Source: Torpedo marmorata
Taxonomy: Eukaryota
Direction of reading: 5' to 3'
DNA length: 64,000 nucleotides
Assembly (NCBI GenBank): GCA_977017645.1
Contig: OZ360231.1
Coordinates: 78,120,001 to 78,184,000, forward strand
Shown here: positions 19,670 to 31,480 of the stretch, in pieces
How positions within the stretch are numbered: the first letter of the stretch is position 1
How the letters are laid out: each line of letters starts with the position of its first letter
Translations under genes and position numbers: made by a program
The notes under the pieces: model-generated
Databases searched by the model: none
Told to the model about the DNA's origin: nothing
What the model saw: the letters and a program-made list of their open reading frames with translations, nothing else

Positions 19670-22365
19670 GTGTTGAAATGCCTTACAAGAAGGCTAAAAG
19701 TAGAGACAGCAAGCAGCAGCCCCAGAGGCCTACTCAGCAGACCAAAGCCTCAGCCTCGCGGCTCCTCGCCTGATCCTGTCTCACCAGGCAGCTCACTGTC
19801 AGACCAGGAAGAACAGGTAACGGACTTTGAGGGGCTAAAGCTAGCAGTCCTGACTGAACTTCGTAAAGACATTGTAGAGACCATTAAAATGGAGATAAGA
19901 ATACATATTGGAGAAGAACTGGCTGCCCTTAAGTCAGTGCTACAAACTGTAAAAACGCAATTCGTGGCCGAAAACGTATCCACAGACACTAAACTGAGAG
20001 AAATTAAAGATACTGTTGGGGAGATAGAACATTCAATATCGGGGTATACCGATGACATCTGCTCAATGCAAAAGAAAATTAAAACTCTCACCGCCAGTAT
20101 TATAAAGGTGGAAAACAGATGTGAGGATTTGGAAGCAAGGTCCCGGAGAAATAACATCAGGATAGTGGGGCTTCCCGAAGGAACTGACAGTTCTCCCATC
20201 TGAACTGGTTAAATAAAAATTGAGGAGAAACTGGGAAGAGGCTATTGAGAGAATTTGTTCTACCACCTCCTGCACTCGCTTGGGACTCATTCAGTTAAGG
20301 TGCTACACAGGGTTCACTTTTCAAAATCCAGACTGGCAGCCATTTATCCAGAAGTAGAGGACAAATGCAATAGGTGTAATGGCTCCCCTTGCCACCTAAG
20401 TCACATGTTTTATCAGTGCCCCAAAATACAAGGGTTCTGGAGCGGAGTCCTCAGCACACTATCCAAAGTATTTAGTCAATTTGCAACCCTGCCTGTTGAC
20501 TGCAATATTTGGAATCTCTGACAACTCAGAATCAGAATTTATTGTCATGAACAAGTCATGAAATTCGTTGTTTTTCGGCAGCATCATAGTGCAAACATTC
20601 ATATTATAACCATCTTACGACATTACTATAAAAAATATATAAATAAAAGTGCACAAAAAGTAAGGCAGTGTCTTTGGTTCATTGATTATTCAGGAATCTG
20701 ATGGCAGCGGGGAAGAAGCTGTCCTTGTGCAGTTGAGTGCTCGTCGTTAGGCTCCTGTACCTTTTTCCCGATGGTAGCAGAGTGAAGAGGGCATGGTGGA
20801 GGGTCTTTGAGGATAGAGGCTGCTTTTTTAAGACACCTCCTCATGTAGATGTCCTCGATGGAGTGAGGTCTGGTGCCTGTGATGTCACAGACCAAGTTAA
20901 CAACCCTCTGGAGTTTATTCTTGTCCTGAGAGTTAGCGCCTCCATACCAGGCAGTGATGCTACCAGCCAGAATACTCTCCACGGTACACCTGTAGAAGTT
21001 TACGAGAGTCTTCAGTGACATACCAAATCTTCTCAGACACCTCACAAAGTATAGCCACTGGCGAGCCTTCTTTGTGATTGCATCAACGTGGAGGTTCCAG
21101 GACAGATCCTCAGAGATGTTGACACCCAGGAATTTAAAGTTCTTTACCCTCTCCTCTACTGAGCCCTCGATGAGGACTGGGTGGTGTTCCCCTGACTTCC
21201 TCCTGAAGTCCACAATCATTTCCTTGGTTTTGCTGACGTTGAGCGCAAGGTTGTTGTCATTACACCATTCAACAAGCTGATCTATCTCCCTCCTGTACGC
21301 TTCCTCATTGCCGTTTGTGATTCTGCCGACAACTATGGCGTCATCTGCAAACTTGTAGATGGCATTGGAATTGTGCCTGGCCACACAGTCATGGGTGTAT
21401 AATGAGTAGAGCAGTGGGCTAAGCACGCATCCTTGGGGTGCGCCTTTGTTGATAATCAGTGAGGAGGAGATGTTTTTTCCAATTCGTACTGAGTGTCGTC
21501 TTCCGATGAGAGTCAAGGATCCACTTGCAGAGGGGGTTCAGAGGCCTAGAGTTTGTAGCTTCTTGACCAGCACTGAGGGAATAATGGTATTGAAGGCCGA
21601 GCTGTAGTCGATGAAGAGCAGTCATATGTATGAATTGTTGTTTTCGAAGTGATCCAGAGCTGAGTGGAGAGCCAGCGATATTGCATCTGCTGTGGAGCGA
21701 TTGTGACGATAGGCGAATTGCAGTGGGTCCAGATCTTTGCTTAGGTATGTGTTAATTCTGGCCATGACCAGCCTCTCAAAGCATTTCATCACAGTAGAAG
21801 TTAGTGCTACTGGGCGGTAGTCGTTGAGGCAGCTCACACTACTCTTCTTGGGTACCGGGATGATTGATGCCCTTTTGAAGCAACTCCCTAAATTCCCTGC
21901 AGAAAGACGCAATAGTATTTACGTCCCTATTAGCCAAGCATCTATCTTGTTACACTGGAAGTCTGACACGGGTCCTTCTATTACACAATGGATTAAGGAA
22001 ATCAGTTTCTTTATTAAACTGGAGAAAATCAAATACACATTAAGAGGGTCCACCAGGAAGTTTTTCCACAAATGGCAACCATTTATGCATTTTTTTCTCT
22101 GAATTACGAGTGCTTACAGATTAAAATACTGAGAAGCGGTTTTACCAGTACATTCGTTAAAATACCAATGATATTTTCTCAAAGGTGCCAAAGTGGTCAG
22201 GGGGTGGGGTGTTTGGGCATGTATCTGAGGGTGTATGTGAACATTTGTGTATATGTGTGTTGGTTTTTCTGTTTAAAAAAAAGAAAATAGGAGCACAATG
22301 TACATCTGTATGATGTGAACGAAGTTGTTTTTGATGCTCAATAAATATATTTGGAAAAAAAAGGT
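19670..22365 (+). mobile_element. L1 element, internally deleted (ORF1 N-half joined to ORF2 C-terminus), interrupted by Rex1
   Basis: ORF1 EDLEARSRRNNIRIVGLPEG; ORF2 KVLHRVH...KCNRC...HLSHMFYQCP; resumes at about 21885 (LLHWKS...IKLEKIKY...KWQPF); ends AATAAA plus polyA. Confidence 0.82.
20528..21880 (-). mobile_element. Rex1/Babar LINE, 5'-truncated RT
   Basis: [27 protein letters not shown] and YKFADD. Tail gacaataaattctgattct. Flanking caactc repeat. Confidence 0.9.
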
Positions 22366-22386
22366 CCGAGCAGGTGAAAAGCCATT

Positions 22387-22652
22387 GGGCGGAACGGTTG
22401 GCGTAGCGGTTAGCGCAATGCCTTTACAGCGCCAGCGATCGGGACCGGACCTGGGTTCGAATCCAGCGCTGCCTGTAAGGAGTTTGTACGTTCTCCCCAT
22501 GTCTGCGTGGGTTTTCTCCGGGGGTTCCGGTTTCCTACCACCGTTCAAAAACGTACCAGGGTGTAGGTTAATGGGGTGTAAATTGGCCGGCATGGACTCG
22601 TAGGGCCGAATTGGCCTGTTATAGTGCTGTATGTCTAAATTTTTTTTTTAAA
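22387..22652 (+). mobile_element. V-SINE
   Basis: Near-full-length copy of the family. Confidence 0.85.
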
Positions 22653-23489
22653 CATGAATCAGGGACCCTAATTAAGTTTAAAAAATAGAAAAACTGGAGC
22701 TGTTCACCATGGAAGCCAGGAGATTTGATTAAAGTGTTCAATTGTAAAGTCTTCAGATAGTGTAAACAAGGGGAATTGTTTCTGCCAACAGAAAGGTTAG
22801 TAATCAGAGGTCACAGATTTAAAGGTCACTGTCAGAAAAAGCCAGATGGAAGAAAAGCAAAAAGTTACTGCAGTGAATTAATATTAAATGGAATGAACAG
22901 AATTAAATAATGTTCAAGCCAATTCAATAACAATTTTTAGAAAGGACAATTGATTAATACTTGAAAGGAAAAAAAACTGGTGAATAATTGCCTTTATTTC
23001 AAACAACTAGACACGAGTACAAATTGCTGATCGATCTCCTTCTGTGCTACACATGTCCTGAAATCCATGAGAGCCACAAGAGGCAAGCTCAATCCAGACA
23101 CACAGCACAGATACCAAAGCAAAAATCATTTGATGCTGGATATCCGAAATTAAAAGGAAACATCCTAGGAATATTCCGCATGCACATTGGCTCCAATTCT
23201 GTTAATGTGTTCATTGCACTGTTCAGGATTTATCTACTCCTGTTCATTCATTCAGTTCATTATGCAGAAGAAATGTGACGAAAAATACATTGTCCAAGTG
23301 AAGCTCTGATTATAATTATAGCTTTACATCAAATTCTTTCAGATTGCAATGAACAACAAGAGAACAGATTTGATTGGACAGGATGATGCAGGATGCTCTT
23401 AATTTGCTGCACAAGTTACAACTCAGATGGATGAAAATTCAACTCACAAACCTATACTATGAACTGGAAAACACTCTAGATTTAAAATC

Positions 23490-23495
23490 TTTATT
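23490..23495 (-). promoter_or_regulatory. Candidate polyadenylation signal of the Vg1/GDF gene
   Basis: AATAAA on the minus strand about 140 nt after the stop codon. Confidence 0.5.
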
Positions 23496-23631
23496 TGGTT
23501 TTACACCATTCGCACAAAACAAAAAGCATTAAAGGTAGATATTTAGTGCAGGAGAAAGGTACCATTTAAACATTGCTAAAGGCAGCCAAAAACAATTAGA
23601 AGTTAAATGCATCTTCATCCGGGAAAATATC

Positions 23632-24431
23632 CTACCTGCAACCACACTCATCCACCACCATATCATCATAATGCCGCAAAACTACGTTCTCATTGTTATC
23701 ATAGTAGAGCATGGAAATAGGGGAGAGCTTAATGGGGACGCAGCAGGGTTGGGGAGTGTGCCCGGGGTCAGTGGAATGCACTAGTGTTTGTAGAATGGCA
23801 TGGTTGGTACCATTCAGGCTCTCGCTCAGTGGGTACGGACACTCTCCGTGGCAATAGTTAGCCATGTAGCCCTGAGGGGCAATGATCCAATGTTGCCAAC
23901 CCACATCCTTGAACTGGATGTGGAGCCTCCTACGTTTGCAGACGCGGCTGAACGCGAGGGGCAGCTGAAAGGAGCTCCTTTTCCTTCTGGACGCTTTGCA
24001 TTTCTCCCTATTCAGGGTCACTACCAACAAGGAGATGTGAAGATCCTGGGCCAACTTGCTGCAAGCTGTGCTTGGCTCCTGGTGACCTTCTATTGAGGTG
24101 CTGCCCACCTCTAGGAGTGCCCCCTGGTTGCTGGGCTGGTGTCTCCAGGCCCTGGAGATCTGAGTGAGGTTGAAGTAGAGGGAGCCGAGCACAGCTTGGA
24201 AGGACTGCGAAGCAACTAGTTCCTGCCTGGAGTTGGGGGGTACTCCCAACTTCCAGATGGACAAGGTGAAGAATGTTGCAGCACCAGGGACTGGGTAGGG
24301 GTTGCCATGGATGGAGAGTTCCAGCTGAGCCAGTGTCAGCTCTTCCATTTCTTCCAGCACTGATAGGTTGAAGTAGAGCTGCTTCTGCACACAAGGCCAA
24401 GGAGATGATCCCAGCCTAGACATTGGTTCAC
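23632..24431 (-). CDS. gdf3: Vg1/Dvr1 (GDF1/GDF3 family) TGF-beta ligand, exon 2
   Basis: Acceptor ctgtttttccag|GT in phase 1. Furin site RRKR. Mature domain [56 protein letters not shown]...PCCVP...VVDECGCR has 7 Cys and closely resembles fish Dvr1/Vg1. Confidence 0.93.
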
Positions 24432-24559
24432 CTGGAAAAACAGAGGGTCAGAGTACTACCATCAGATTATGCAGGTGGGACACATCACCACTGCCTGGGC
24501 TCCCACAGACCAAAACCCCCACCTCAGGGAGTCACTGCCCCAGATCCCTAATTCTGATC

Positions 24560-24835
24560 ATCGAACCCAGGACATCAGGGCCATACCCTATCCAGTCCCT
24601 GGTAGGTAGGGGTCCCAGTCCAATCTCATCCTCCCAGAAACAAGACCCCTGGCTGCCCACACACACAGACACCCCCCCCCCCGACCCAGAAGTGGGACCC
24701 CTGCCGAGCCACACACACATGGACCCCTGGAATCAGGACCCCTGATGACCCCACACACAACCCCCTGGAAATGGGACCCTGGCAACCCACGTACACAGAC
24801 CCCTGGAAATGGGGACCCTGGTGACCCCGATCACC
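24560..24835. repeat. Imperfect gacccctg-type repeats in the intron
   Basis: Recurrent gacccc(t)gg units, G-rich on the transcript strand. Confidence 0.6.
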
Positions 24836-24874
24836 CACAACTGTGCATCTGCACTGGACAACACTTGTACTCAC

Positions 24875-25181
24875 CCCATGTTGGTAATGGGTTCTTATCC
24901 AGATTGGGGAGATGGCGAAGGGTGTCACCTTCCACCCCCAGCTCGTCCATCCTGCACACATCCTCTCCAGGATCACCCTGGCTGAGAGATCTGGATCTCC
25001 TCTGGAACATCTTCCACAGTCGAGCTGGGACCGGCCTGGGATCAGAGGGCTGGGGCCTGCTCATTAGGCCCAAAGCTTTTAAAAAGGCCTTTTCCTGATC
25101 CTGGGCCTCCTGTCGCTCAGCCAGGCAGAGGAGCCAAAACAAAATCACAGCTAAGCAGGTTAGGAGGGAACCCAGAGCCAT
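24875..25181 (-). CDS. gdf3: Vg1/Dvr1 (GDF1/GDF3 family), exon 1 (signal peptide and prodomain)
   Basis: Hydrophobic signal MALGSLLTCLAVILFWLLCLA, then FLKALGL, PVPARLWKMF and CRMDELGVEGDTLRHLP. Donor G|gtgagt. 307+800 nt gives 368 codons plus stop in frame. Confidence 0.9.
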
Positions 25182-25696
25182 CCCTGAATCCAGCACAAAG
25201 CACACAATAGACAGTGTACTCCTAAACCCAGCTCCAGGTTGTCTGAGATCAGCTTCAACAACCCTCTCTCTCTAATTAACATTTCAATAGAGAATGCTGG
25301 GAGCAGCCCCACATTCTGGGGAGGGGTGATTGGCTTGGGAAGCAAGAAACTTCCTTCCCTGTGACAAATGGTTCTGAACATTGAAATATTCTTGTGATTG
25401 GAAGTCTCAAATCAGCTTCCATCAATCCCCACCTGCTGAGAGTATTTAATTGCACTTCAAGTGATGAGATTTGCAATTGAAAGGCCTTATCTTTCTTGAG
25501 ATGGGTTGTTGATGGTTCATGCATTTAGAACTTGAGTCCCTTAGCACCTCAGGAAGCTTTAAATCACTAAATACAGAACTACAGGAATCAGCTATTCAGT
25601 CCTGTCAGCTTGTTCTACCTTTGAACATCATGACTGCTCTGTATTTTAATTCAAACCCCCTGTTTTGATCTGTATTTCTTAATAACCTCACCTAAG

Positions 25697-25977
25697 TGGC
25701 GGTACGGTTGGCGTAGCGGTTAGCGCAACGCCTTTACAGCGCAACAGTTTTACAGCGCCAGCGATCGGGACCGGACCGGGGTTCGAATCCCGCACTGTCT
25801 GTAAGGAGTTTGTACGTGTCTCCCAGTGTCTGCGTGGGTTTTTCCTGGGGGCTCCGGTTTCCTCCCACTGTTCGAAACGTACCGGGGGTGTAGGTTAATT
25901 GGGTGTAAATTGGGCAGCACAGACTCGTGGGCCGAAATGGCCTGTTACCGTGCTGTATGTCTAAATTTTTTTTTAAA
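25697..25977 (+). mobile_element. V-SINE about 0.5 kb upstream of the Vg1 start codon
   Basis: Family copy with a small internal duplication (gcgcaac...tttacagc). Confidence 0.85.
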
Positions 25978-26579
25978 TCATATATCAGGGTTTTTTGGGA
26001 GAGTATTCCCAATTCTCATTATTCTTTGTGTGATACATACTATCCCTGAATGTCTTGCTTGAATTTAATTGGGACTTCCCCAGCATAAGAACTCATTTTA
26101 TTTCTAGCTAATTAAAGTTAATTAAACCTGTTAACGGAGCCAGTGTTTTTTTAAAATCCTGCAACCACGAGGTCTGTGCCCAAATGATAGCACCAGAGCT
26201 GGGCAGCGTACCACGAGGGGTTGCAGACTCCAGGGGTGCAGCGGACCAGCACAGGGCACCAGAAATGGGGAGAACACCCCCGATGAGAAGAAGCATAGGA
26301 GACGACCCTACAGGGAAGGTGACCACGGCAGCAGACCTGCAAGGGGCTCAGCGGTTGAAGGCTGCAAGCTGCTGAAGACTAGCTCATTGAAACTTGGTGT
26401 CGGAACCAGGATTCGAGAAGGTGCTGAGGGCAAGAGAGCTCCCAAAGGCTTCCTGATTATTTCGGAGGTTTGGATCTAGAGCTCAGGTTGCCGATGGTTT
26501 GCCGATGGTCTGTGTGGCTGCAGAGGCTGCAGGAGTACTGGAGGCAAATCCATGGGCACTCAGTGAATCTGATTAGCCA

Positions 26580-27010
26580 CCGACCCGACCCTGGAAAGCT
26601 CCCAACGCCGCAGCCGCTGACCCGACCCTGGACCCCGGCCGCCGACTTACCGGAGCTCCCAACGCCGCAGCCGCCGACCCTATCCCTGGTCCCAGCCGCC
26701 GACTTACCGGAGCTCCCAACACCGCAGCCGCCGACCCGAGCCTGGACCCTGGCCGCCGACTTACCGGAGCTTCCAACACCGTAGCCGCCGACCCGATCCC
26801 TGGTCCCAGCTGCCGACTTACCGGAGCTCCCAACGCCGCAGCCGCCGACCCGAGCCTGGACCCCGGCCGCCGACTTACCGGAGCTCCCAACGCGACGGCC
26901 GCAGACCCAACCCTGGACCCCGGCCGCCGACTCACCGGAGCTCCCAACGCCGCAGCCGCCCACTCCTACCCGTGCCCCGGGCGCCGACACGACGGTACTC
27001 CCAACGCTTC
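26580..27010. repeat. 57-bp GC-rich minisatellite, about 7 units, at the Penelope 5' end
   Basis: ccggagct recurs at 26650, 26707, 26764, 26821, 26878 and 26935. Confidence 0.9.
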
Positions 27011-29832
27011 GGCCGCCAACCCCAGCTCAGACCCCGAGCCTCTACTCACCAGAGTTCCCGATGCGTCCACTGCCGACTCCCGACACAGACTGTTACCTGC
27101 TGGAGCCTCCCACGCTGACTGCCACTGGAGTCCTCATCTCGCAACAAGATCCCACTTACCTATCCCCCTCACGACTCCTCCCTCTCCTCCTACACCTCTC
27201 CCTACTCCACCCCCATCTCCCCCTCTCTGCCCCACTATCCTCCACAACCCTCAAACCTCATCCCTTCCCTTCCCTCCATCCCCCCCACCTCTCTGGCTAC
27301 CCTCCCTACCCCCCTCTCCCACCCTCCTACTCCCCTACCCCCCACCTCCCCCCTCTGACCCCTCCGATCCCCCTCCCCCTCCCTCCAACCTCCCCCACCC
27401 TACACCTCCCCCCAACACCCTCCACAACACCCTCCACAACACCGATCCCCACTCTAACCCCTGCTTGGTTTTTACTATCCCCTCCGACCTTCCCCTCTCT
27501 GAGACGGAGCACTCGGTCCTCAGTAGAGGCCTCACCTTCGTCCCCCTCCGCCAACACCTCAACGAGTTCCACGCGCGCCATGATGCCGAACTCTTCTTCC
27601 GTCGCCTCCGCCTCCGTGCTCACTTCCATGACCGTGACTCTCCACCCCCCACCCAAGACCCTTTCTCCCGCTTCAAGCCTTCTTCCTCTTCCTGGACACC
27701 TCGCCCTGGCCAGCTGCCCGCTCTGGACCTTTTTATTTCCAACTGCCGCCGAGACATCAACCGTCTCAACTTCACCACCCCCCTCTCGTATTCCAACCTC
27801 ACCTCCTCAGAACACTCTGCCCTCCACTCTCTCTGCAACAATCCCAACCTCACCATCAAACCCACAGACAAGGGCGGTGCGGTTGTGGTCTGGCGCACTG
27901 ACCTCTACCTTGCCGAGGCCAGTTGACAACTCTCAGACACCTCCTCCTACCGACCCCTCCCACAGGACCCCACCACAGCACATCGAGCCACAGTCTCCAA
28001 CACCATCTCCGACCTCATCACCTACAGTCACCTCCCCTCCACGGCCACCAACCTCATTCTCCTCCACCCCCGCACTGCCCGTTTCTACCTTCTACCCAAG
28101 ATACACAAACCCAACCATCCGGGCAGACCCATTGTTTCTGCCTGCTCCTGCCCCACCGAACTAGTTTCATCTTACCTTGACTCCATCTTTTCTCCTCTGG
28201 TCCAATCCCTCCCCACCTACATCCGCGACACCTCACATGCCCTCCATCTCCTCAATGACTTCAGATTCCCTGAACCGGACCGCATCATCTTCACCATGGA
28301 TGTCCAATCCCTTTATACCTCTATCCCCCACACAGAAGGTCTGAAAGCACTTCACTTCTTCCTGGACCAAAGACCCGACCAGTCACCCTCTACCACCACC
28401 CTCCTCCGCCTGGCAGAACTTGTCCTCACTCTCAATAACTTCTCCTTCAACTCATCCCACTTCCTCCAAATCAAAGGAGTAGCCATGGGTACCCGCATGG
28501 GTCCCAGCTACGCCTGCCTGTTTGTGGGCTTTGTGGAGCAATCCATGCTGCAAGCCTACACAGGCAAGACCCCTCATCTCTTCCTCCGTTATATCGACGA
28601 CTACATCGGGGCTGCCTCATGCACCCGCGATGAGCTTGTCAACTTCATCCACTTCGCATCCAACTTCCACCACGATCTCAAACTCACCTGGTCCATCTCC
28701 GATAACACTCTCCCCTTCCTGGATCTCTCTGTCTCCATCTCGGGAGACAAGCTTTCCACCGACATTTACTACAAACCCTCCAACTCCCACAACTATCTGG
28801 ACTACACTTCCTCACACCCAGTCCCCTGCAAGGACTCCATCCCCTTCTCTCAATTTCTCCGCCTCCGCCGCATTTGTTCCCAAGATGAGGTGTTCCACTC
28901 CAGATCTTCTGAAATGTCTGCCTTTTTCCACAAACGTGGCTTCCCCTCCACCATCATCAACTCAGCCCTCACCCGCATCTCCTCCATTTCCCACTCATCT
29001 GCCCTGGCCCCCTCTGCCCCCAGATGCAACAAACATAGAATCCCCCTCATCCTTACCTACCACCCCACCAGCCTCCGCATCCAACACATTATCCGCCAGA
29101 ATTTCCGGCACTTACTACAGGATCCCACCACCAGACACATTTTTCCTTCTCCATCCCTCTCGGCCTTCCGTAGGGACTGCTCCCTCCGCGATTCACTCAT
29201 GCACTCATCCCTCCCCACCCATCGCACCCCCGGCACCTTCCCCTGTGCCCGCAGGAGGTGCAACACCTGCGCCCACACCTCCCCCCTCACCACGGTCCGG
29301 GGCCCCAAACAGGCCTTTCAAGTGAAACTACACTTCACTTGTACATCCAGAGAACTTATTTACTGCATCCGGTGCTCACTTTGTGGCTTTCTCTACATCG
29401 GAGAGACCGGTCGTAGATTGGGAGACCGCTTTGCTGAGCACCTCCTCTCCGTCCGCAACAACAGCGACCTCCCAGTAGCCAACCATTTCAATTCCGAGTC
29501 ACACTCCCACACTCACATGTCTGTCCATGGCCTTATGTACTATCCCACCCAGACTACCCGCAAATTGGAGGAACAACATCTCATTTTCCGTCTCGGCACT
29601 CTCCAGCCAGATGGCATTAACATTGACTTTTCTGCTTTCCACTAACCCTGCTCTCTTTTTCCTTCCCCTCCCCCCTCACCTGTCCTTACTGTTTTTCTCC
29701 ACCTACCCAGCCAACCCTCCTCGCCCTCTTTGCTGCTGTCCCCTCCCTCCTTTCTCCACCTATCATCTCCTGCCTTTGCCACCCCCCTTCCCCCCCCCCA
29801 CTCTTTTGTTCGGACGCCTGCCGGCATTTTCT

Positions 29833-29873
29833 CATACTTTGATGAAGGGCTCAAGCCCGAAACGTCGGTTATG
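29833..29873 (+). ncRNA. Minimal hammerhead-ribozyme-like motif in the Penelope terminus
   Basis: TTGATGA-A-GGGC-tcaa-GCCC-GAAA-CG-TC with partly complementary flanks (catact/ggttatg). PLEs are known to carry such motifs. Confidence 0.6.
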
Positions 29874-30339
29874 TATTTCTACCTTTGCTACATAAAAGAC
29901 ACTGTTTGACCTGCTGAGTTTCTCCAGCATTTGTGTTTTTTACTGAAGGGATTCTCCTTTGCTTCTCTTTCTCCTATTGTTAGGGTTGCCGGGCAATGCT
30001 CATGCTGATTCTTTGTTTGCCCACGGCCGACAAAAGTTGAAGTTTATCATGTATATTACATTTTAAATATATTATTACGTGACAATAAAAGGAACCTTTG
30101 AACATTTGAGCCTTTAATTGTCAATCTTACGCACTTCAATTAGATCAATTTTTGCTCAAGGGAATGGTCTATGCAACCTGCCACCATTGAGAACACCATC
30201 GAGAAACCCTGCCCACCATCAAGAACATCTACAGGGAACGCTGCCATCGGAGAGCAGCAGCAATTATCAAGGATCCACACCACCCAGCAACGCTCTGTTC
30301 TCACTACTACCATCAGGAAAGAGGTATAGGTGCCACAAG

Positions 30340-30888
30340 CAGTGGCGTCACTAGGGTTGGTGTCACCCAGTGCAGTAACTCATGGTGTCACCCCCCCACC
30401 CCCCATGGACCTCCTCCCGTACCAGACCATACAGAATCCTTAGTAATGTTTTTTGTACTAATGTTACTCGTAAATAGTAATTCCCGTATATCACTGAATG
30501 TAATGGCAATAGTAGTGAGATAAACAACTAGCAAAATTAAAATTACACCTTTAAATTACAATATCATACGCACAGCTAAATGTATTTACATTTACAGAAA
30601 CACCAGCAGCAACGTAAACACAGACGAAACCACGTGATTCGAAGCGTCATTGTAATTGGGTAATAATGACAACATTAGCGTAGAGTTTTAGCCTTGTAGG
30701 TATATTGATACATGTAAGTTGGGCTTATGAAAAATGTTTTTGTTGTTATAACTAACTACAGGAATAATAATAAATTTCTGCTGAAACACTGCACAAAGAT
30801 TTTATAGACAGTCATTTTGGTGTCACCCCCTCTGATGGTGTCACCCGGTGCGGTCCGCACCCCCCACACCCACTTAGTGACACCAGTG
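30340..30888. mobile_element. Non-autonomous hAT (MITE)
   Basis: Imperfect TIRs CAGTGGCGTCACTAG / TTAGTGACACCAGTG, a perfect 8-bp TSD GCCACAAG, and subterminal ggtgtcacc repeats. Confidence 0.88.
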
Positions 30889-30968
30889 GCCACAAGACTC
30901 GCACCACCAGGTTCAGGAACAGCTGCTACCCCTCCACCTTCAGACTTCTCCACAACAAACTCAACCAG

Positions 30969-31480
30969 TCGTCGTAGATTGGGAGATCGCTTCGCTCAGC
31001 ACCTCCGCTCGGTTCGCAACAACAGCGACCTCCCAGTGGCCAACCATTTTAATTCTGGGTCACACTCCCACACTCACATGTCTGTCCATAGCCTCATGTA
31101 CTATCCCACCCAGACTACCCGCAAATTGGAGGAACAACATCTCATATTCCGTCTCGGCACTCTCCAGCCAGATGGAATTAACATTGACTTTTCTGCTTTC
31201 CACTAAACCTGCTTGTTGTTCCCTTCCCCTCCCCCCTCACCTGTCCTTCCTGTGTTTCTCCAGCTACCCAGCCATCGCTCCTCCCCCTCTTTGCTACTGT
31301 CCCCTCCCTCCTTTCTCCACCCCCCTTCCCCCCTCACTCCTTTGTTCGGACGTCTGCCGGCATTTTCTCATACTTTGAAGAAGGGCTCAAGCCTGAAACG
31401 TCGGTTATGTATTTCTACCTTTGCTACATAAAAGACACTGTTTGACCTGCTGAGTTCTCCAGCTTTTGTGTTTTTTATTT
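30969..31480 (+). mobile_element. Penelope-like 3' fragment
   Basis: RLGDRFAQHL...LQPDGINIDF, with a 12-bp flanking duplication AAACTCAACCAG. Confidence 0.88.

Larger units (their letters stand above)
26575..29944 (+). mobile_element. Penelope-like element, near-complete RT and GIY-YIG
   Basis: 27465-29645 is one frame with a stop at 27924-27926. Motifs KPTDKGGAVVV, MDVQSLYTSIP, GVAMGT, FLRYIDD and LIYCIRC...YIGETGR..RFAEH. Confidence 0.93.

Noticed and set aside
27061-28164. 367-aa Pro/Ser/Thr-rich ORF
   Set aside because: Mostly an alternative frame of C-rich Penelope coding sequence.
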